A DNA stretch of 59,592 bases. Source: a virus. Taxonomy: Duplodnaviria; Caudoviricetes. A program made the position numbers and the translations under genes. The number at the start of each line of letters is the position of its first letter. Positions within the stretch are counted from its first letter, which is position 1. The notes under the pieces were generated by a model. It had not been told where the DNA came from. It worked only from the letters and a program-made list of their open reading frames with translations, and made no database searches. The DNA lies in the IMG/VR virus record IMGVR_UViG_3300021976_000014, positions 1 to 59,592 of that record. One strand, written 5' to 3'. This document shows, one piece after another, positions 53,283 through 59,592 of this stretch.

Positions 53283-53639
53283 CTAGTCCTCTTGCGGCTT
53301 CGTCCATCGGGGGTTGTTCTGTGTCGGCTTGATCGTGGATTCTTCCACCTTCCATCCCGCTGGGATTAGTTCATCTAGGCTTGGCTCTTCTTCGCAGTCC
53401 GCGTATCCGTAGAAGTAGTCGGTGTCTTCGCCGGGCTTCGAGCAAATCACCTCGCCGTACCACATGGCGCGCTGCGGGTGTGCGCCCCAGAGGCTGCCGG
53501 GGAAGGATTCTTGACTCCAGTTCGGGTAATGCGCGCTGTCCGTGTGGCCCGCGTCATCCCATTCCCCGATGTTGCGCGGCGCGTCCGGCACTGGTGACTG
53601 CCCACACGTTATGCACATGATCTCTAGTAGGTCCATCAT
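53283..53639 (-). CDS. Hypothetical early protein
   Basis: RBS; ORF fills the gap. Confidence 0.55.
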   Translation of the reverse strand: MMDLLEIMCITCGQSPVPDAPRNIGEWDDAGHTDSAHYPNWSQESFPGSLWGAHPQRAMWYGEVICSKPGEDTDYFYGYADCEEEPSLDELIPAGWKVEESTIKPTQNNPRWTKPQED

Positions 53640-53730
53640 TCTTTACCCTTCCCCTCATCCGTCCCGATAAGACAACAGGGGACACGACTAGCGATAGCTC
53701 GTGCCCCCGATGGGTCATCGGTGCGGCTGG

Positions 53731-54069
53731 TCAGGACTGTTCGCGTTCCTCCCTAGCGGCATCCGCAGCGGCGAATGAGGCTGCCTGCCTGGCAGCCCGT
53801 GCCGTTGCATATCCCATGAATTCCCCGATGGTAGAAACCTCGCCGTCGGCATCGATCATCCGGACGGAGTATCGCCGCGCGGAATCCTCGCCTTGTTTTT
53901 CCGAGGTCACGAAATACCGAGCGTGTAATACCCCGTCGAGGATGACACTGGAGAAAAACGCCATGCTGCCTTTGCTGAACCAATGGCTACTGTGTGCCGA
54001 GTGTTGCGCCGCAAGCCGGATTTCGGCCATGTTCCCATAGCGCTCTTTGCCGTACTTATTCTCTGCCAC
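53731..54069 (-). CDS. Hypothetical early protein
   Basis: HWF....M.FF.S...YFVTSE....R.Y.VR, a recurrent phage motif. Confidence 0.65.
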   Translation of the reverse strand: MAENKYGKERYGNMAEIRLAAQHSAHSSHWFSKGSMAFFSSVILDGVLHARYFVTSEKQGEDSARRYSVRMIDADGEVSTIGEFMGYATARAARQAASFAAADAAREEREQS

Positions 54070-54139
54070 GTCTTCCCCTTTAAGCGTCGATTGATAGGAC
54101 ATCACAGCCTACCTTCGGCGAGGCAGGCTGTAGACCCCG

Positions 54140-54439
54140 TCAAGCCGTAGCTCGGTGTTGTTCTTCAGACATCCGCTCTAGCCTCTCCTTGTCTCTCCAC
54201 TGCTCAAGCCGCGCGGTATCCGTCATCGGGCCCCACTCTGTGAAGACTCCGGCGAAGCTGGTCCGCTCATGGTGCCAGCGGGCATCATCTGCTAGACCCT
54301 CTAGTCTCCGGCGTTGTGCGTCGTGTAGATCCTCATACACGATGACGCTGGCCGCGTTGCTTGGGTGACTCTCCATTGTCTCTTGGCTAAACAAACGCCC
54401 TCTGTGCGTCGCTACCCAATACCGTGCTTCGTCCGACAT
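54140..54439 (-). CDS. Hypothetical early protein
   Basis: RBS. Confidence 0.55.
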   Translation of the reverse strand: MSDEARYWVATHRGRLFSQETMESHPSNAASVIVYEDLHDAQRRRLEGLADDARWHHERTSFAGVFTEWGPMTDTARLEQWRDKERLERMSEEQHRATA

Positions 54440-54514
54440 TACCTAGCCTCTCGTTAGCTCCGATAGGTCAACGATGCGGCCGGTTCCCCGGCCGCACGGG
54501 TTGAGTCATCGGCT

Positions 54515-54727
54515 CTAAGCCTTTGCAAGTCGCTTCGGGGTGAGGTTATGCAGCCTGCCCGCAGAGTCCCTAACGCATATTTTGCCAGTCGCAGCCAATC
54601 CGTCCGGGGTGTGGATCACAACCCCATATCTCCGATGGTAGGCATCCGTCCATGTGACCTTGGTGCCTTCCGGAAATTCAGCCTGTGGCGTCTCTTCGCT
54701 CACCATTCCGTCTCTCCGTTCTGCCAT
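54515..54727 (-). CDS. SH3-like small protein
   Basis: F..G.KV.W...G.V motif. Confidence 0.5.
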   Translation of the reverse strand: MAERRDGMVSEETPQAEFPEGTKVTWTDAYHRRYGVVIHTPDGLAATGKICVRDSAGRLHNLTPKRLAKA

Positions 54728-55011
54728 TTCACGTAGGCATCCTCAACGTTCAGCCGATGACCTCGCCGTTCTAGCATGTACTCCGCAGCATGGATACCGT
54801 AGGCGTACCCGAAGCTGGTCGCGGCATCGGTGTCTCTCTCGACCCCGGTCGACCGTAGGGCATCCTGCCAGCCTTGCGCGTACCCCATAGCAAGATGCCG
54901 GTACCGCTCGGCGAGACTCCTCATGGATTCATCCGTGAGCGCGGTATACCTCTCGTATAGCGTTGTGCGTCCGTTCTCTTTCTCTACCTCCGTCGTGCCC
55001 GGTACTGCCAT
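54700..55011 (-). CDS. Hypothetical early protein
   Basis: GGAGG RBS. Confidence 0.55.
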   Translation of the reverse strand: MAVPGTTEVEKENGRTTLYERYTALTDESMRSLAERYRHLAMGYAQGWQDALRSTGVERDTDAATSFGYAYGIHAAEYMLERRGHRLNVEDAYVKWQNGETEW

Positions 55012-55095
55012 GTTCTCTCTACCTCCCTAAGAGACCAGCCGAACGGACGGAACGTGCCGTCCGCTCGATGATGCCTCATGGATGCCGCTAGACCT

Positions 55096-55356
55096 TCACG
55101 CCTTCACACCGTAGGCGTAGAACCCGTCCCCGTCCCTGTCGTAGATGCCTGCTTCCCCCAGCGTCACGGGGAAGCTGAACGGTTCCCCGGAGTCGTTGAG
55201 AATCTGTGCCATCCGTGACGGCAGGATCTTGACTGTCATCACGCGCCCGGCGATCCGCATATGCATGCAGACCTCCGACCATGGCAAATCGACTTTGACG
55301 CTGTCCCCGATGTCGAGCTGGACTTTGTTCTCGTCACACGCGCTGTACTCGCTCAA
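55096..55356 (-). CDS. Hypothetical early protein
   Basis: RBS; TTG start. Confidence 0.55.
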   Translation of the reverse strand: MSEYSACDENKVQLDIGDSVKVDLPWSEVCMHMRIAGRVMTVKILPSRMAQILNDSGEPFSFPVTLGEAGIYDRDGDGFYAYGVKA

Positions 55357-55398
55357 TGTGCCCTTCCCTCTTGAAGTCGAGCCCGGTCGGTTCGTAAC

Positions 55399-55578
55399 TC
55401 AGTCAACCGCCGTATGGATTACCGTTTCGCCGTTCTTCTCTGCCAGATGCACATGCACCATATGCGCCTTGCTCTTGCTAGGGCGGAAATGTTTTACCGC
55501 CTCTTGTTTTGCTTCGTACAGACTGTTTGCTTGGATCTCCACGCGTCGTCCGTTGAAGAATCCGATATAACCGTTCAT
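55399..55578 (-). CDS. Small hypothetical protein (not in ORF track)
   Basis: MNGYIGFFNGRRVEIQANSLYEAKQEAVKHF...V.LAEK.G..V.H, a recurrent phage motif. Confidence 0.65.
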   Translation of the reverse strand: MNGYIGFFNGRRVEIQANSLYEAKQEAVKHFRPSKSKAHMVHVHLAEKNGETVIHTAVD

Positions 55579-55611
55579 GGCCTTATCTCTCTCCCCTAGG
55601 CTTGCCGGTCT

Positions 55612-55947
55612 CTAGAGCTTGCGCGCTACTGCCCAGCCGTCGGAATCCTCTTCGTCGCCATCGGCGATTACCGCTACGTACACGCCTGGAGTAGTCAGTA
55701 TGTCATCCGCCATCCGCCCACCGATGAATTCTGATGGATGCATAACGGGTCCGGAGTAGCCATACTGGCCGGAATAGCCGTTCATCAGTTCCCAACCGTC
55801 TGAGACCGTTTCGGCGTACAGGTCCGGCGCATAAACCTCGCTAGGTCCGTCCGTCACCGTACCGTCCTCGTGCACCTGGATGACGTGGTCAAAGTCCATC
55901 ACGGCATTCAGCGTTCTGCCGTCCGGCAGTGTTCTGTGTGCGCCCAT
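55612..55947 (-). CDS. Hypothetical early protein
   Basis: GGAGG RBS; GYSGQY.YSGPVMH.SE.IGG motif. Confidence 0.65.
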   Translation of the reverse strand: MGAHRTLPDGRTLNAVMDFDHVIQVHEDGTVTDGPSEVYAPDLYAETVSDGWELMNGYSGQYGYSGPVMHPSEFIGGRMADDILTTPGVYVAVIADGDEEDSDGWAVARKL

Positions 55948-55967
55948 TCTGTTACCTCCGTAGGTTC

Positions 55968-56399
55968 CTAGCTGTACGTCACTGCGCCGAATAGGCCACA
56001 TTCCATTACCGCCATAGCATCGATGCAGTCGAGATCTCCGTCATCTAGGTTGGTTCGATCTGCCAGCAAGATGTTGCGCCGCATCGTTTCCGACATATAC
56101 AGCCGTTGCCCGGTCTTCGAGTTGTGGAGCACTTCAACCTCTGGATCGCCGTGCACTGGTCGCATCTCTGCATCTTGGATGGCGCATAGGCCGCTAGCTA
56201 GGGTGTCCAGGTTGACGAGGTACCGCTTGTTTGGCTCGTCATGAGGCATCAGGACAGCATGCGCTGCGCCTAGTGCCGTACCATCCTCGGTGTCCCACCT
56301 GTATACGTCGACACTGAACCATCCGTGCCCACCATTCTCAATTGCGGTGGTGAGGATGTCGGTTAGGAATTCCATGCGCTTGTCTGTCCGGACTGCCAT
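55968..56399 (-). CDS. Hypothetical early protein
   Basis: FL.DI..TA.E.G...W...D...A....GLFG...Y motif. Confidence 0.65.
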   Translation of the reverse strand: MAVRTDKRMEFLTDILTTAIENGGHGWFSVDVYRWDTEDGTALGAAHAVLMPHDEPNKRYLVNLDTLASGLCAIQDAEMRPVHGDPEVEVLHNSKTGQRLYMSETMRRNILLADRTNLDDGDLDCIDAMAVMECGLFGAVTYS

Positions 56400-56483
56400 T
56401 CTCTTTCCCTTCAAAGTGCCATGACAACGCACGGAACAGTATACCGTGCGCTCTCGATTGCTCTTTGATTGGTCGGACTGTCC

Positions 56484-56651
56484 TTACGCCCGGTCGCAAT
56501 TGGATACGAAAACCTCAGGCGTTCCCTGTTGTTTGACTTCGAACCAATCGTGTATGTCTAGGTCGTCTTCGCAAACGGGACAGACCTGGACTAGTACGAA
56601 CTTCTGTAGCGCTTCCCGCATGCCCCTAACGACGTAGATTCTCGTTGCCAC
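56484..56651 (-). CDS. Small CxxC protein (not in ORF track)
   Basis: AGGAG RBS; 55-aa ORF. Confidence 0.5.
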   Translation of the reverse strand: MATRIYVVRGMREALQKFVLVQVCPVCEDDLDIHDWFEVKQQGTPEVFVSNCDRA

Positions 56652-56669
56652 TCTCTCTCCTGTCTGTGC

Positions 56670-57158
56670 TCAGTAACCCCGTAGGTCGTTCCATGCCGCG
56701 TCCAGTGCGGGCATGCCGTGCAGGAGTGGCGACTTCGCGACAGCCGGCCCGTCACTGGCGCCCGTGTGGTCACTGTGGCGCGTAATCCATGCCGTGCCGT
56801 CCGCTGTGATGTGCGCTGTGTAGCGGACCCCGCCGAGCGTGTCTCGGTATTCCACGGTTCCGACGCTGCCGAACTTGGTTTGGTCGGTGCCCGTGAGGGG
56901 GATGTCCACGGTGATTATGTCTTTGCGCGGAACGATGACGATATCGAAAACACTCGGGTAGCAAGTCTCATCCCACGTTGGCTCGTTACAGTCGCGTACG
57001 TGGATACGACCAGTTGACGCGTTCGCTCCACCCGACGCCTTCGTAATCCCAAGGAATTCCCATAGGTCGCCTCTGAAGTCGCGTAGATGGTCGCCTGCAT
57101 TCACTTCGTCGCCGGTAGCATCCAGCACTGCCTTGTGTGTCTCGTTTAACGGGTACAT
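56670..57158 (-). CDS. Hypothetical early protein
   Basis: G..V..GD...DFRG motif. Confidence 0.55.
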   Translation of the reverse strand: MYPLNETHKAVLDATGDEVNAGDHLRDFRGDLWEFLGITKASGGANASTGRIHVRDCNEPTWDETCYPSVFDIVIVPRKDIITVDIPLTGTDQTKFGSVGTVEYRDTLGGVRYTAHITADGTAWITRHSDHTGASDGPAVAKSPLLHGMPALDAAWNDLRGY

Positions 57159-57222
57159 GTCACGCCTTCCGATTCCCTAGGCAACTAAGCGAGCGCTCAC
57201 AGCGTGAGCGCTCGATAGTGGT

Positions 57223-57675
57223 CTAGGCGTCGATTAGTTCGTAACCTGACAGACACGTCGCTGCGCAGTCATTACAGATTGGCCCTACCCACGGGTGAGC
57301 CTTGCTTTCCGAAGTCGCGGCCTGGTAGTCGTGTTTCGTCTGTGGGCCGAATTCGTCGTTAAAGTGATCCGTGTGTTCACACCCGCACTTATGTTTTTTC
57401 CGTCGCTTCACGATGATCGAGTGAACGGGTGACCACGCGCACCCAAACCTCAGAATGCTTGCTAGCGTCATATCTCCGTTGGCAACGAATTCCGCGCAAT
57501 AGCCGTTGTACTTCTGCACGAAGTGTCGACGTTCGCCGTCCGGCATCAGTACGAACGTGAAGGAATACGGCGTGCCGTTGATTGTCCGGCTGTAGGTATA
57601 CGACGTGCCATGGCCGGTATCTTTCCGGCTAGGCTCATGAATGTATTTTGAGACAACGCGCGGGGTGATTTCCAT
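57223..57675 (-). CDS. Hypothetical Cys/His protein
   Basis: GAGG RBS. Confidence 0.55.
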   Translation of the reverse strand: MEITPRVVSKYIHEPSRKDTGHGTSYTYSRTINGTPYSFTFVLMPDGERRHFVQKYNGYCAEFVANGDMTLASILRFGCAWSPVHSIIVKRRKKHKCGCEHTDHFNDEFGPQTKHDYQAATSESKAHPWVGPICNDCAATCLSGYELIDA

Positions 57676-57743
57676 TGTGTGGCCTCTCAGCTAGGGATGT
57701 ATGAGACCACGCGGCCCGTAGACCGCGTGGTCTCGCTACGCCT

Positions 57744-57977
57744 CTAGATAAATTCAATGCCGAGTGTCTGAGCGATTCCGCCCGCGAACGAGCCTGCCCA
57801 CGCCACAGTCTCTTCGTCCAGGTCGGGCGCGTCGTGCGCGGCCTGTAGTGCCCACAACAGACTCTCTAGGTCTGAGTGATTCAGTGTCATTGCGTACGGG
57901 TCGTTGGTCTCTCTGCTGGCACTGATGACTGCCTTGATACCGTCATTGCTCATCGCGGTAAATGATTTCATTGCCAT
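57744..57977 (-). CDS. Hypothetical early protein
   Basis: RBS; ends TLGIEFI. Confidence 0.55.
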   Translation of the reverse strand: MAMKSFTAMSNDGIKAVISASRETNDPYAMTLNHSDLESLLWALQAAHDAPDLDEETVAWAGSFAGGIAQTLGIEFI

Positions 57978-57995
57978 GCCCCTACCTCTCTATCT

Positions 57996-58178
57996 CTAGA
58001 TCTTCCACCATGCAGGGACCTTCATACCTCGCCTAAGCCAAGCCTCTTCGTGCAATCCCTTAGGCTCTTTGATCCCTGCACTCCACATGCCGACGTGACC
58101 ACAATGGCGAGATAGCGCGGTTAGGTTGCGCCGATACCTTCGCCATTGTTTGCGCCTTACATTTCTCGTCTTGTGCAC
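57996..58178 (-). CDS. Small basic protein
   Basis: GAGG RBS. Confidence 0.45.
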   Translation of the reverse strand: MHKTRNVRRKQWRRYRRNLTALSRHCGHVGMWSAGIKEPKGLHEEAWLRRGMKVPAWWKI

Positions 58179-58210
58179 CTCTCTGGCCTCCTACGCCACT
58201 GGGTGGCGGG

Positions 58211-58495
58211 CTACTTGCGGAACCCGCACATGCCGCACTCCTTGCCGCCCATGGCATCGTGCCACAGTCGACCGTCCTCAGTTTTCCACTCCGCGCAACA
58301 CGCGTTGCAACCCTTGAAGAGCGACACACCGTGCGAGCATTGCGACGCGGGATCAGTTAGCGCGCGTTCCCGTTCCTGCTGTTCGTGACGTTCCCGGTCG
58401 TTGCATTCTTTGACATACGAGAAATACTGCTCGGCGCCCCCGGGGTAGAGATGCACTCGCTTAGTCCTCTCAGTAAAGGTAATAAGGCGTGTCAT
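58211..58495 (-). CDS. Small Cys-rich protein
   Basis: C.HG.....C..C motif. Confidence 0.5.
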   Translation of the reverse strand: MTRLITFTERTKRVHLYPGGAEQYFSYVKECNDRERHEQQERERALTDPASQCSHGVSLFKGCNACCAEWKTEDGRLWHDAMGGKECGMCGFRK

Positions 58496-58778
58496 CGATC
58501 GTTACGTAAGTTCTGCCTCTCCCCTCGCTGCGCTTGCCAGCAAGCCAGATACACGGGCCGATGTCATCCTCCACCCCACACTCCGGGAGGTATGCATCTT
58601 CCCGCAAGCTGAGAGAGTCGCAGAACGCTTGAGTGACGCTGCCCTTAGTGGCGTACCAACGGCACGTTTCCGGCCTCACAGCAGGCTGTGAGGCCGTTTC
58701 CTGTTGCTTCACGCCGTTGCACCCTGCCAGCAGTGCCAGCGCGAGCGCCAGCACTGCGCTTGCCATCCTGTTTGTCAT
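58470..58778 (-). CDS. Lipoprotein
   Basis: Signal peptide MTNRMASAVLALALALLAG-C with an LAGC lipobox; P.C..ED....C.W motif. Confidence 0.65.
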   Translation of the reverse strand: MTNRMASAVLALALALLAGCNGVKQQETASQPAVRPETCRWYATKGSVTQAFCDSLSLREDAYLPECGVEDDIGPCIWLAGKRSEGRGRTYVTIDDTPYYLY

Positions 58779-59193
58779 GTGCCCTATGGGAGAGTCGCAC
58801 CCCCCTAGCCCGCTGTGAGGCATGCTCGCTGCCCTTGATAGGGAGAGGCTTACGCGAGCGACACAGCCTATTCGGCTAGCCCTAGGTAGGGCTTGTGTAG
58901 CGCTAGCTAGTGCGCGGCGATCCAGGGAGACAGTGTCTTTGCCGCGCCGCACATAGGCGTACGCGAATCCCCATCCGGGCCACGAACAAGCTAGCTATAG
59001 GCATGCGGCATCGCCGCATGAGTAACCATGTCAATAACACAACGCCAGTAATGCCCATTCGCGTCGCGACACGCGCGAGACATCCGGCCTTTCCGCTTTC
59101 CCTTTCCGTTGACTAGCTCTATCGTACTCTCTCAGCTCCCATATCCCCAATGAATAGGAGTCTGCCAGGCAGGCGTTATCAACCCGTTACCGC

Positions 59194-59368
59194 CCGTCTA
59201 TGGGGCTCGTCCGTCCTATGTGCACAACGCTACCGTCCTATGTGCACACTGCCCATAGACGGCACTCTATATAGTCATAGATGCCTATCCATATGTGCAC
59301 AGTAGACAGTTTAGATAGACATACATCTTTGTATTACTATGCACTCAAGGGCTACTGTGTGTGCACAC
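59194..59368. repeat. Right-end repeats (packaging/operator-like)
   Basis: CCGTCCTATGTGCACA twice (59211, 59233) inside the inverted repeat CCGTCTATGGG/CCCATAGACGG; two further TGTGCACA copies. Confidence 0.7.
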
Positions 59369-59592
59369 ACCATGAGAGTACTCACAGTAGTCAGTCAGTA
59401 CTCATTGATAGATGTCTTCATGGCTCATCACGTTTAAGCAGCTCAAAGCACTTATTCATCATAGTGTTAGAGATCACAACATCCATGAAGGTCTATAGGC
59501 CAGAGCGCAGACGTCACCGTGAGTCACGAGTGTGATGTATGTTTATGCACTAGGGGGGATACCCAACGCCGCTCGCGGCCGGCTCACGGTCT

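Larger units (their letters stand above)
1..59592. mobile_element. Apparently complete temperate actinobacteriophage (siphovirus) genome
   Basis: Full virion, lysis, integration and replication modules with no host housekeeping genes. The ends resemble cohesive-end actinophage termini (left CTGTACGG, right TAGGGGGGATACCC). Confidence 0.9.

Noticed and set aside
50466-57734. Hammerhead ribozymes in the intergenic hairpins
   Set aside because: The CUGAnGA/GAAA core and three-stem junction were not found by eye.
59005-59034. SigA promoter from the minus-strand TTGACA
   Set aside because: No convincing -10 element at 16-18 bp spacing.

Overview
The window looks like a complete (~59.6 kb) genome of a temperate siphovirus of filamentous actinobacteria; a Micromonospora/Streptomyces-like host is inferred from gene content only. 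The left end holds an accessory island: endolysin, two putative nucleotide-signal sponges (Tad2/DUF2829-like and Acb2/Tad1-hairpin-like), a CmcI-type O-methyltransferase, tRNA-Trp, two GT-A glycosyltransferases, and a large serine integrase with a candidate attP. A rightward virion operon follows (terS, terL, portal, scaffold, capsid, an inserted GT-B glycosyltransferase, head-tail, tail, tape measure, minor tails, holin). The rest is a mostly leftward arm with replication and nucleotide genes (ThyX-like, sigma-like factors, split primase, EndoVII, DNA MTase, DnaB-like, RecB/Cas4-like, DnaE), an XRE-DUF5753/DUF397 cassette, and many small early genes separated by long hairpins. The strongest leads are: (1) a probable virion glycosylation/methylation system, with capsid and tail tube both ending in Ser; (2) an anti-defence island; (3) a ~350-nt multi-hairpin non-coding element after the capsid gene; (4) a hybrid-motif domain inserted in the integrase; (5) a nucleotidyltransferase plus twin-paralog module. 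All family assignments are from motif recognition by eye; no searches were run.
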